Part shown: one piece after another, positions 29,782-38,741 of the stretch
Layout of the letters: each line of letters opens with the position of its first letter
How positions within the stretch are numbered: position 1 is the stretch's first letter
Source of the DNA: Spirochaetia bacterium
GTDB lineage: Bacteria > Spirochaetota > Spirochaetia > G963692905
Direction of reading: 5' to 3'
DNA length: 64,000 bases
NCBI GenBank assembly: GCA_965220165.1
Contig: CBDCPJ010000054.1
Location: forward strand, 385,708 to 449,707
Notes under the pieces: generated by a model
Database searches by the model: none
Told to the model about the DNA's origin: nothing
Seen by the model: the letters and a program-made list of their open reading frames with translations, nothing else
Translations under genes and position numbers: made by a program

Positions 29782-31028
29782 CGATCAAGTTCGATTCCTA
29801 CAAGATCGTCGTCCGCCCCAATCGGCCGCCACAAAATGATCCCATCTTCGGCATTTGATAGGTCGATGACAGTGTATCGACGACCTTTGAAATTGAAATA
29901 GGTTGGTTGGGCTCCAGTCACTCCGCTATTTGCGCGATTATTCGGCGTATCTTCAATATCGACTCCTGCCCATATACGGTTGGATCGAGAGGAAGTGATG
30001 AGAATTGCCCGATAACCAAGGTGACGCAATAGGCTAACATAGAGCAGCGATAGGGAAGATGCCTCTCCCTCGCGCGCGATAAGCGACGAAACTGGCGCGG
30101 AGAATTCGATAGATCTATCCAATGGGCTATAATTAAATGATCGAAGCCAGCTGGCGAGCGTAAATGGCAGACGATCGCGCTTGGAGAATTTCTCTTGGTC
30201 GACGGCTTCGATAGCCGATGCAAGCTCTTGTAAGCGATGGTGATTGTCGCGATAGACAAGCCTGTAGTAACGCTCGATAGCCTGGGTAAATAGCGGGTCG
30301 CTTCGCTGCATGCGATCGACAATCCTCGCTTCGCGCGCGATAATCTGCTGGGCTCCCGCTATCTCGAGATCGTTAATCGCAATTTGTATCGCTTCGCCTT
30401 CTATCTCAAGTTCGAGGGAGCTCTCGTTTCCTCCATCAAGAGTTCCGATAAAATCGCTAATAGGACCGGGCGCAACCTTATCAAAAATAGAGGCGGAGAA
30501 CGTATTGAGCGTTGATAATATATCGTCTTCATAGAAATGGTATTCGTTTTCCGGCGCGAATACAAGCGTAACAAATGCCTTCTTTTGATGGATTTGGTAG
30601 AGTCCATATCCTCGCACGCTATTTCGACCCGCGCGAAATTCTAAATTGCTGAGTATGACGTTATTCCCGCGATGCTCGAATTGCGCGTTTTCGCTCTTCG
30701 CGTTGAATCTTTCGGCGATAAATTGCGCGATAGATTCGTTGTCGATATATTGTTCGCCGTCGAGAACAAATATCTGCGCGACCGCCTTTTTGGAGGAATC
30801 GCTAAACGATATCGCGGCGCTCTCGCTATCATCCAACAGGGTCCAGCGCGACGGCGGGTAAATAGCATATCCATAGGCGCTATTAAAGACCTCGGTCGAT
30901 GAAGCCGCAAATGGCATCATCAATAGCAAGATCGAAAACGCGAATACTCGAATCATACTGATAGGCATAGAAGGCATATTCCATTGTCGTCTTAAAAATA
31001 TGGACATATTAACCCATATTGCTATCAT
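29778..31028 (-). CDS. Hypothetical secreted protein
   Basis: 416 aa; signal peptide (likely start MPSMPISMIRVFAF near 30977). 4-nt overlap with the downstream GT2 gene implies co-transcription. Confidence 0.5.
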   Translation of the reverse strand: MIAIWVNMSIFLRRQWNMPSMPISMIRVFAFSILLLMMPFAASSTEVFNSAYGYAIYPPSRWTLLDDSESAAISFSDSSKKAVAQIFVLDGEQYIDNESIAQFIAERFNAKSENAQFEHRGNNVILSNLEFRAGRNSVRGYGLYQIHQKKAFVTLVFAPENEYHFYEDDILSTLNTFSASIFDKVAPGPISDFIGTLDGGNESSLELEIEGEAIQIAINDLEIAGAQQIIAREARIVDRMQRSDPLFTQAIERYYRLVYRDNHHRLQELASAIEAVDQEKFSKRDRLPFTLASWLRSFNYSPLDRSIEFSAPVSSLIAREGEASSLSLLYVSLLRHLGYRAILITSSRSNRIWAGVDIEDTPNNRANSGVTGAQPTYFNFKGRRYTVIDLSNAEDGIILWRPIGADDDLVGIELDR

Positions 31029-31034
31029 TGGATT

Positions 31035-31649
31035 ATGATCGCTATTATCGCCGCCTTGCGAGCCGAATTGACGGGGCTTATTCGCCGTTGTCGCGGCGAG
31101 ATCGCTGGAATTCCCGTGACTTTTATTATCGCGGGAGTTGGATGTTCCAATGCGACCTGGCGCCGCTCATTGGCGCTCGCGCGACCGAAGGCAATACTCG
31201 TCGTAGGAATGGCCGGCGCGGTGGCTTGCGACATTCGAGCCGAATCGACGGTTATTGTAACGGAGGCGCTCGGGTATCGCGAGGGGCAAGAATGTCGCTC
31301 TCCAATCCCATGCGCCCCTTCGCTCATCAATATTTTCCGAACTGCCGCGCCAGACAGCGCCAGCGGGGCGCTCGCCACGGTAGACACTCCGGTCTTTGAT
31401 CGGCGTCGGGCGAGGGAAATCGCTCGGAAAACCGGCGCGGCGGCTGTAGATATGGAGACTGATATCATCGCGGAGGTTGCTCAGTCGGCGCGCGTACCGT
31501 GGGGCGGAGTTCGCTGGATATCCGACACTTGCGATCGTCCGGTAACAGACATTGGCCCGCTGGCCAGAAAAGCGTCGGAGTCGCTTGCGGAAATTGTCGC
31601 CGCCGCGCTTCTCGATCGCCGGATTCGCGAAGTTCTTGGGGGGAAATAG
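31035..31649 (+). CDS. MTA/SAH-nucleosidase family protein (PNP/UDP phosphorylase superfamily; MtnN or futalosine-hydrolase-like)
   Basis: 204 aa; conserved C-terminal VDMETDIIAEVAQSARVPWGGVRWISD (compare Pfs VEMEATAIAHV...VRAISD) and an N-terminal glycine-rich loop. Confidence 0.7.
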   Translation: MIAIIAALRAELTGLIRRCRGEIAGIPVTFIIAGVGCSNATWRRSLALARPKAILVVGMAGAVACDIRAESTVIVTEALGYREGQECRSPIPCAPSLINIFRTAAPDSASGALATVDTPVFDRRRAREIARKTGAAAVDMETDIIAEVAQSARVPWGGVRWISDTCDRPVTDIGPLARKASESLAEIVAAALLDRRIREVLGGK

Positions 31650-31698
31650 CCTATCGCTCAAGGCGAGCGCGCTCCTTATTTTGAAAATGCCCCGATTT

Positions 31699-33261
31699 TT
31701 ATTGGTCTGACTTCTCTATAATCTGCTCTAAACTTATATTCGGCTTGTTGCTCAATACAAGACCGTCGACACGTATAGCGGCCGGCCTTAAATACAACGC
31801 GCGAATGACGCGCTCGTTAATCTCCCGCTCTTCATAGGTCGCTTGATAGACTCGTGTATCGATCATAAGGCCGTTATCGTCGAAGAGCGTGATTTCCAAC
31901 ACTTCTTGGTCGATGCGATAGAAAACATAACTCCCTCGCAATTGGCGATCGGAATCGGAAATCGCCACGTTTGATCCATCGAAATAGAATTCCAGCCCAT
32001 TTTCATTGGTATAGAGCCCTTGCGCAGAAATGGACGACGCAAACGCGACCGATCTACGAGGAATAGATTCCGATGTGTCCAAAGGAAAATAGACTCCGTC
32101 CCATTGATCTGTCTCTCGTATCGAAATACGCACGCCGCCATCTACGCTGGAAACGGTAACGTTCATTCTTACATTGGGAAGAACGCTATTTGCGGCGTTG
32201 ATCAATAAAATAGGGCCGTCGCGGAGATAGAGCAACCGAGAACTATTCCAATTATAGATCTCTTGAAACGTCCCGCGCAGAAGATCGATGGAACGTTGCA
32301 GAGAATCGAAAAAAATTATTGCGCCCTCCCGCTCGTCCCCTCCCCCATCTATTTGGGCGCGCCATCGCCCCGATAAGAATTGCTCAAAAGTCTCTTTGGT
32401 AGCGTTTCTAAGATCGTTTAGCTGCTCCGCGCGAAGATCATTCTCCGTTATTTGTTGCGTCTCATGCTCGACAAACGCGCCGTCTGTTTCTTGCCATTGA
32501 TATATCTGGCGCGTAAGAACAACTTGAAGGCCTTCAACATCGGGCTGTCGCTCATGGCGTTGGTAGGATACGACCGAAAAGGGTCTCCCGTTAAGCCCCA
32601 AATTATAGAGCCGTTCGCGCTCCGCTTGCTCGATTTCTTGCCCGCCATTTGATTGCAACTGCCCAATAGAAAGATAATTGATATTTCTAAGCAATTGATT
32701 GGTCGAGCGTTTAAATATATCCAGAGTATGTTGCCCCTCCGCAGAGACGCCAAAACAGGCGATTTCTATGCTGTGATCTCCGGTGATGTCCATAAATTCG
32801 ATGGTGAACGCCCCGCTATTGCTTGCTTGAGTAACACCCTCCCAAACAAAGCGCATCTCGTTATAGTCGGGGTCGTAATCCGCAAAAAACAAACGAATGC
32901 GGTCATCGAGCGCCTGATCGCGTTTAAATACAACTATCTGCTCCTCTTCTTCGTCCTCGTCAAGATTGATGTCATACACATCGAGCGCGCTGTATTCCTC
33001 GGGAAATGCGGCAATACGGATCGACGCTTCGATAGATTGAGCGATTTCGTCATTTGAAGGCGCTATGCCATATGCCCCTAATAACATTGTATCTTCGCCC
33101 GCGATAGGAACGATATGAAGCGCGCCCGCAGAATTAATTTCGCTTTCGCGATTGCACGACGCGAACATCGCCAGCATAAGAAATATCCCTATCAATGCCT
33201 GGAAAACGTTAATTGGAGCCCGATAGGCAGGCGTTTCGAAAAATATAAAATATTGCGCCAT
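31699..33261 (-). CDS. Hypothetical lipoprotein
   Basis: 520 aa; signal peptide with lipobox LAMFASC; no recognisable domain. Confidence 0.55.
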   Translation of the reverse strand: MAQYFIFFETPAYRAPINVFQALIGIFLMLAMFASCNRESEINSAGALHIVPIAGEDTMLLGAYGIAPSNDEIAQSIEASIRIAAFPEEYSALDVYDINLDEDEEEEQIVVFKRDQALDDRIRLFFADYDPDYNEMRFVWEGVTQASNSGAFTIEFMDITGDHSIEIACFGVSAEGQHTLDIFKRSTNQLLRNINYLSIGQLQSNGGQEIEQAERERLYNLGLNGRPFSVVSYQRHERQPDVEGLQVVLTRQIYQWQETDGAFVEHETQQITENDLRAEQLNDLRNATKETFEQFLSGRWRAQIDGGGDEREGAIIFFDSLQRSIDLLRGTFQEIYNWNSSRLLYLRDGPILLINAANSVLPNVRMNVTVSSVDGGVRISIRETDQWDGVYFPLDTSESIPRRSVAFASSISAQGLYTNENGLEFYFDGSNVAISDSDRQLRGSYVFYRIDQEVLEITLFDDNGLMIDTRVYQATYEEREINERVIRALYLRPAAIRVDGLVLSNKPNISLEQIIEKSDQ

Positions 33262-33358
33262 CGATTATTATACCATATTGATTTATATGCAAAATAGATA
33301 TACTATCGCGACATAATACCTACCCATTGTATTGATAGCAAGCGGGCGGAGAAAATTT

Positions 33359-34912
33359 ATGGAGGAGATAATGAATCGTTCAAGTATAATTATATTTATT
33401 GCAATTTTTTTTGTCGCTTTTCCCCTTTTCGCTATTGACGTAAATCGCGATGAGCTTATTCAGGCTGAGGATATGACAATCGAGTTCGAAAACTACGCCG
33501 GTCCTCAAGATGTTATTTCTAGCGTCGAGGCAATTCGGGGAATAGGCGAAGGGTTAGGAGAAGAGGAAAATATCCCAGGCGCTCGCTATAGTTACGCTGG
33601 GCGATATGATATTATCCATGCGTCGGATCCCGATAACAAGACACTGCTTAACGCGGATATTTTAATCCTAGGCGAGGCGGCTCGCGTAGATCATATCGAC
33701 AACCTGCGTCGCATTATTAGCGGATATATCGAAACGGCGTACGATTACCGACGAGGCGATGCCGATCTTCTCGCGACGCTTATAACGATATACAACGCCA
33801 TCTATCGCGGACAATACGACTTTTTTTCGCAACGTTATAGTCAGTTGGTATTGGACAATATTAGCCCGGAACAGGTGGGATTGCCGCTCAGCTATCGAGA
33901 ATGGCCGGGGCAATCGGAAATTGTCATCCCCTTGGCTCCCGGAGAGACTATCCCCGGATCGTTAAATACCGTCGACATACTACAACTCACCGATAAACAG
34001 GTGCGCGAGGATCTTAGCGCTCGCGAGGATAGAGCGATAACAGAGCGACAGGCGACGGTTGATCTTCTGGAACGATTGGTCGACGAGCTACAAGACGAGA
34101 TTGATACCACGCAAAATAGGACAGTCGATCAAATAAGAACTCTTGACGAAGAGGAGCAGGCGATCGTCCAGCAGCTGAGTGACATCGAGCTTCTTCGCGA
34201 ACAGCTGGAGAGCGACGGCGTAGACGAAGAGGAACTTCAACAGATCGAAGAGTTGCAGACGCAAGAAGAAGCGCTTAAATCGCAACAAGAGGAGGTCGTC
34301 GCCGAACGCGAACAGACAATTGAAGAACAGCAACAGAGAATAGCCGAACTAACCGCGGTCATTCGCGACGAGAGGAGCGAAATAGCCGAAGATCTCAGCG
34401 CGGATCCCGATCTAAGAGCGCCAACGATTCTATTTCCGAGAGTTGTTGTCGGCATTGATGGAAGAGAAACGACGTTGGTAAGAATTGACGCCGCGACAGG
34501 AGAGGTCATAAGACGATCAAGCAACCTCCGTATTATCAGCAGAGATTATACCATCTGGCAATCTGATATTATTGTGGCGTCGCTCAACGAAGATGGAACG
34601 AGGGTCAATCTCGTCGCGCTTGACCAAGAGACATTTGAGACGAGACGATTTTCGGACGCGGCGACACATCCCGACGGGATAATCGTTATAGCCGACGATA
34701 AACTATACACCGCCGTAGACATTGACGGGGAGTGGCACCTAGGCCTATTTGACAACCAACTGCGAATGATTGGTCAATCGTCCGTTACCATCGACCCCAA
34801 CACAGCCATTCTACTCAACCTAGGAATTATCTACGTGCAGGCTATAGATGGACGCGTTATACTCCTTGATGCCGATAATCTAAGCAATGTCGGCGCGGCC
34901 GGCGGCGCATAG
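33359..34912 (+). CDS. Hypothetical secreted protein with a central acidic coiled-coil
   Basis: ATG at 33359 with a GGAG 8 nt upstream; signal peptide; a Glu/Gln-rich heptad region (residues about 230-330); beta-rich C-terminus. Confidence 0.55.
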   Translation: MEEIMNRSSIIIFIAIFFVAFPLFAIDVNRDELIQAEDMTIEFENYAGPQDVISSVEAIRGIGEGLGEEENIPGARYSYAGRYDIIHASDPDNKTLLNADILILGEAARVDHIDNLRRIISGYIETAYDYRRGDADLLATLITIYNAIYRGQYDFFSQRYSQLVLDNISPEQVGLPLSYREWPGQSEIVIPLAPGETIPGSLNTVDILQLTDKQVREDLSAREDRAITERQATVDLLERLVDELQDEIDTTQNRTVDQIRTLDEEEQAIVQQLSDIELLREQLESDGVDEEELQQIEELQTQEEALKSQQEEVVAEREQTIEEQQQRIAELTAVIRDERSEIAEDLSADPDLRAPTILFPRVVVGIDGRETTLVRIDAATGEVIRRSSNLRIISRDYTIWQSDIIVASLNEDGTRVNLVALDQETFETRRFSDAATHPDGIIVIADDKLYTAVDIDGEWHLGLFDNQLRMIGQSSVTIDPNTAILLNLGIIYVQAIDGRVILLDADNLSNVGAAGGA

Positions 34913-35053
34913 GCGCAGATCCTTGCCGCCCCGACAGCCAACTGCTTCATAAAAAACTCCAGCGCCCGCGCTTCGCCCGTAGATACAAAATCTTGGACGG
35001 AGCGCGGGCTTTTTTCAGATGAAGCCGCCGGTAAACTTATATATTATTTTGTA

Positions 35054-38000
35054 TTATTCTAAAAGAGCTTCGTTGATTGGCTCTGAGATTGGCTCTGAAA
35101 GCCCAGAATTAGAAGGCTGAATTATTCTCGCCCTGCTAATAATAACCTCGTTGGAAGCCGGCGCTTCGGCATCAGACTCATCATCTGGCTCGTCGAGCTG
35201 TTCCGCGTTGTCGTCGACTACGGGGACGATCAGATTATCGGAAGCCCCCTCAATATCGGATAGAACGCCCAGTCCATCGGCAGGATCTCCGTAATCGACG
35301 ACGCCCAGCCAATCGACGACGCCCAGTCCATCGGCAGAATCTCCGTAATCGACGACGCCCAGTCCATCGGCGGAATCTCCGTAATCGACGACGCCCAGTC
35401 CATCGGCAGGATCCCCGTAATCGACGACGCCCAGTCCATCGGCGGAATCCCCGTAATCGACGACGCCCAGTCCATCGGCAGGCTCCCCGTAATCGACGAC
35501 GCCCAGTCCATCGGCGGAATCCCCGTAATCGACGACGCCCAGTCCATCGGCAGGATCTCCGTAATCGACGACGCCCAGTCCATCGGCGGAATCTCCGTAA
35601 TCGACGACGCCCAGTCCATCGGCAGCCCAGTCCAATCTCCGTAATCGACGAATAATCGACGACGCCCAGCCCATCGGCAGGAATCCCCGTAATCGACGAC
35701 GCCCAGTCCATCGGCAGGCCCGTAATCGACGACGCCCAGTCCATCGGCAGGAATCCCCGTAAATGGCGGGATCAGCGGCAAAATAGTTTGAGAGCCCAGT
35801 CCATCGGCTTTGCGTTTGCGCTTCCGCGTAAATGGCGATTTGCGCAAAATGCGTTTGCGCTTGCGCTTGCGTTTGCGCTTGCGTTTCGAGCGCCCCTTGC
35901 CGCTCGCCAGCGCCGACTATATCGTCCGATTCGCTAACTTCCTCGACCTCTTGGTCTCCGAGAAAAGACAACGCGGCAATATCTAGCTCCAATTCAACCG
36001 TCTGAAGATTGCTACTCAACCGCTTCACGAGGCCTTGCCGTCGCTCCTGTTCGAAACTATACAGCGTATCGTATTCGGTAGGCTCTGTATTCTCAATAAA
36101 TACCTCGGTTCTTACCCCCAACTCATAGCTCGGTGGCGGCAACAGGCCCGTGCGAGTCGCAATTTCATTGTAGACAATACCTTCGGCCGGCGGCACAAAC
36201 TCTCTGCGAGATAAATTCTTATGAATTTCACTCATATATTTTGCCCAGATAGGGCCTGCCGTTACGGCGCCCGTTTGATTTGTGCCCAACGAGTTGTTCC
36301 CTCCGCGATCAAATCCAATCCATACAGCCGTGGTGTAATAGGGAGAAAATCCCACAGTCCATGCGTCGCTCCAATTTTGGGTAGTGCCGGTTTTGCCAGC
36401 CACAGGAGAGGTAAACCCCCCGGCGATATTCTTAGCGTATCGCAACGTGCCAGAATTTACCGTCGACTGAAGAAGATCGGTCATAACATAGGCGGCTTGC
36501 GGACTAATAATCTGTCGCTCTTCAAGCGTCTGCTCTATCTCTTTTTGCCTCTGCTGTCGAAGATCGAGCACAATTTTGCCATTTTTATCCTCTATATAGA
36601 GAATGGCAAAGGGATCCACCAAAACGCCATTATTGGCAAATGTCGAGTATGCCTGCGCCATTTCGATGGGAGCCAATTCAACAATTCCAAGCCCCACCGG
36701 GTATCGACGCACCAAATTGCGGCTCAGCATATCCTCCGCGGGAATGCCAAGAAGACGGCGCGCTGTGGTAAGGGAATCGTCAAAACCCACCCGCTCGAGC
36801 ACTCGCAAACTGGGCACATTCATCGAATTGGCCAACGCTTGACGCGCCAAAACCGGACCGTGCCAGACGCCTTTGTAGTTCTCGGGCGTGTAGGCGGTGC
36901 CGTCTTCGTTCCAAAACACAACCGGCGCGTCGTAGATCATCGTCGCGGGAGTAATAACGCGCTTATCGATCGCGGCGGCATAGTAGAGCGGCTTAAAGGA
37001 CGAGCCCGGCTCCATCCTTCCGTCAATGGCTCGATTAAATTGGTTGCGCGATTCGAATTTGCTCCCGCCAATCATACTCAAGATATTGCCCGTCCCATTC
37101 TCCAATGTGACTAGCGCCCCCTCGACAATGGTTCGCTGCGCCTCGCGGCGATTGGCATCCAACGAGGCCTTGGTAATATCTCGAAGATCGCTCGATTCGC
37201 CGCGCGAGAACAGAAGAGAGATCATTTCCATCGCCGGCGCGATCTCCGTATTGTAATAGCGCTTGGCATCCCTGCGAATAGGAGCGTCCGCCGCGTAGAT
37301 ATCGGGGATATTAAACGCCAGCGCCAGCGCGTCGACCATGGCGATATATTCATCTCCCCCGCTCACTCTCCGATTATTATTTCGTTGGTAGATACGGTTG
37401 GCGTCTTTGAGCCCGTCGCTTATATGTCGCCGCGCCGCCTGTTGATATCCCAGATCGAGCGTTGTGCGCACCACAAACCCGCCGGTGTTGATATTATTAT
37501 TGCCCAATAGATAGCGATTCTCCAAAAGATATCGCACATATTCGCTAAAATAGGGAGCCAAATCATCGCGCTCGAAAAATGCGGTCGAGGTATTGGCTCG
37601 CGTGAAATCATAGCTCCCCCAATATTCGTTAAACGACTGATCCGCCTCCGCTCTTGACGTGTAGCCCAATTCAACCATTTGGTCGAGCACCGTCCGCTGA
37701 ATTTTGCGCGCGTTATTGGGATTGCGAATAGGGGAATAGATCGTGGGATTAGCCAGCTGGATAACCAGCATAACCGATTCGGCAAGGGTAAGATCGCGCG
37801 CGGAGTGGCCAAAAAAGAACTGAGACGCCGCCTCTATTCCATAGTTGCCGTGGCCAAAAAACATCGTATTGAGATACTTCTCCAGAATCTCGTATTTCGT
37901 CCAGTATCGCTCGACATGGTATGCCCACCAGAGCTCTTTTATCTTGCGCGAAATCGTAATTTCGCTACGATCGGCGTAGAGATGCCCCGCCAGTTGCTGT

Positions 38001-38449
38001 GTCAACGTGCTTCCGCCAGAAAAATAGCTATTGGTTATTTGATTCCAGATAGCGCGCGCCGTCCCGCGAACGCTAAATCCATTGTGTTGGAAAAATGTGC
38101 GATCCTCTCGAGTAATCAGCGCGTTGATCAGGTGGCGAGGGAGGCTGTCGATCGAAATAAGATCGCGCTTCTCTTCGGCGAAGAATTTGGTGATGAGCGC
38201 GCCGTGCCGATCGAGCACTTGGGTGGGAAGCGCCGCGGGCGTCGCCGCCAAAAGGTCGCTCTCGTCGATATTGTATACCGAGGCTATCCCAATGCCGGCG
38301 ACACCGCCGATGCAGATCATCGCAAGCGCGCAGAGAATCCAGAGCAACGCCCTCCATTTAGATGCTACACTTCGCATAGCGCAATGCTTATCATCATCGC
38401 CCGCCCTTGTCAATGCAAAAGATCGGCCATTGTTAGACCAAATCTCCAC
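35054..38449 (-). CDS. mrcA: Class A penicillin-binding protein (PBP1A: GT51 transglycosylase plus transpeptidase) with an approximately 300-aa repetitive C-terminal extension
   Basis: 1131 aa; N-terminal TM; GT51 motifs (EDRTFFQHNGF, GGSTLTQQL); transpeptidase SxxK-like and KTGT motifs. The tail contains (ADGLGVVDYGDS/P)n. Confidence 0.88.
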   Translation of the reverse strand: MEIWSNNGRSFALTRAGDDDKHCAMRSVASKWRALLWILCALAMICIGGVAGIGIASVYNIDESDLLAATPAALPTQVLDRHGALITKFFAEEKRDLISIDSLPRHLINALITREDRTFFQHNGFSVRGTARAIWNQITNSYFSGGSTLTQQLAGHLYADRSEITISRKIKELWWAYHVERYWTKYEILEKYLNTMFFGHGNYGIEAASQFFFGHSARDLTLAESVMLVIQLANPTIYSPIRNPNNARKIQRTVLDQMVELGYTSRAEADQSFNEYWGSYDFTRANTSTAFFERDDLAPYFSEYVRYLLENRYLLGNNNINTGGFVVRTTLDLGYQQAARRHISDGLKDANRIYQRNNNRRVSGGDEYIAMVDALALAFNIPDIYAADAPIRRDAKRYYNTEIAPAMEMISLLFSRGESSDLRDITKASLDANRREAQRTIVEGALVTLENGTGNILSMIGGSKFESRNQFNRAIDGRMEPGSSFKPLYYAAAIDKRVITPATMIYDAPVVFWNEDGTAYTPENYKGVWHGPVLARQALANSMNVPSLRVLERVGFDDSLTTARRLLGIPAEDMLSRNLVRRYPVGLGIVELAPIEMAQAYSTFANNGVLVDPFAILYIEDKNGKIVLDLRQQRQKEIEQTLEERQIISPQAAYVMTDLLQSTVNSGTLRYAKNIAGGFTSPVAGKTGTTQNWSDAWTVGFSPYYTTAVWIGFDRGGNNSLGTNQTGAVTAGPIWAKYMSEIHKNLSRREFVPPAEGIVYNEIATRTGLLPPPSYELGVRTEVFIENTEPTEYDTLYSFEQERRQGLVKRLSSNLQTVELELDIAALSFLGDQEVEEVSESDDIVGAGERQGALETQAQTQAQAQTHFAQIAIYAEAQTQSRWTGLSNYFAADPAIYGDSCRWTGRRRLRACRWTGRRRLRGFLPMGWASSIIRRLRRLDWAADGLGVVDYGDSADGLGVVDYGDPADGLGVVDYGDSADGLGVVDYGEPADGLGVVDYGDSADGLGVVDYGDPADGLGVVDYGDSADGLGVVDYGDSADGLGVVDWLGVVDYGDPADGLGVLSDIEGASDNLIVPVVDDNAEQLDEPDDESDAEAPASNEVIISRARIIQPSNSGLSEPISEPINEALLE
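35262..35770 (-). repeat. About 10 tandem copies of a 39-bp unit inside the PBP1A 3' region, encoding a 13-aa DGLGVVDYGDxA repeat; distal copies are degenerate and out of register
   Basis: Direct reading: the unit acgacgcccagtccatcggc(a/g)g(a/g)at(c/t)(c/t)ccgtaatcg recurs head-to-tail. Shadow ORFs 35230-35847 and 35250-35744 are the same repeat read in other frames. Confidence 0.9.
35806..35895 (-). repeat. GCGCTT/GCGTTT hexanucleotide microsatellite encoding a (TQAQ)n segment of the PBP1A tail
   Basis: gcgtttgcgcttgcgcttgcgtttgcgcttgcgtttc read directly. Confidence 0.85.
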
Positions 38450-38478
38450 AGCTCAAATAAAATATAAGGCCGCTCCGT

Positions 38479-38740
38479 TGGGAAGGGGGGAGATAGTCCG
38501 CAAGCGAGGCGTCTATCTCTATCGTTTCGCAGCCCGAATGCGTCGCGATGACCCGACAATCGCCGTCTCCCCCCTCGCTCCATAGCGCCTTCGCGCCGAA
38601 CGGCGCGAACCGCGTCCGCCTCTTCGGGCTCCACTCGCGCTCCGCCCTGACGGCCGCTGGCGCTATTGCGCTACCCCCCTCGTCGGGCGAAACGACGAAA
38701 TTATGCGCGCCGCGCCCTCCAAGCGTCGCCCGATAAGCCC
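38479..38740 (-). repeat. Intergenic dispersed repeat, copy B (reverse orientation), between the argS stop and the PBP1A start
   Basis: Its reverse complement reads ...GACGAGGGGGGTAGCGCAATAGCGC...GGAGCGCGAGTGGAGC...GCGCTATGGAGCGAGGGGGGAGAC...TCTCCCCCCTTCCC. Confidence 0.7.
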
Positions 38741-38741
38741 A

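Noticed and set aside
35262-35770. Possible CRISPR array (regular direct repeats)
   Set aside because: The units are contiguous with no unique spacers, lie in-frame within a protein-coding tail, and no cas genes are nearby. This is a coding tandem repeat, not a CRISPR array.
35230-35847. Shadow ORFs 35230-35847 and 35250-35744 on the minus strand with RWTGRRRLR / MDWASSIT repeats
   Set aside because: They are the 39-bp tandem repeat read in the two alternative frames. The in-frame reading belongs to the PBP1A C-terminal tail.
36221-37114. 297-aa plus-strand ORF (and 37679-38467, 262 aa) antisense to PBP1A
   Set aside because: Lies entirely inside a well-supported GT51/transpeptidase gene on the opposite strand. 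The product is Arg/Gly/Ala-rich low-complexity, typical of antisense frames in GC-rich DNA, and there are no RBS or domain motifs.
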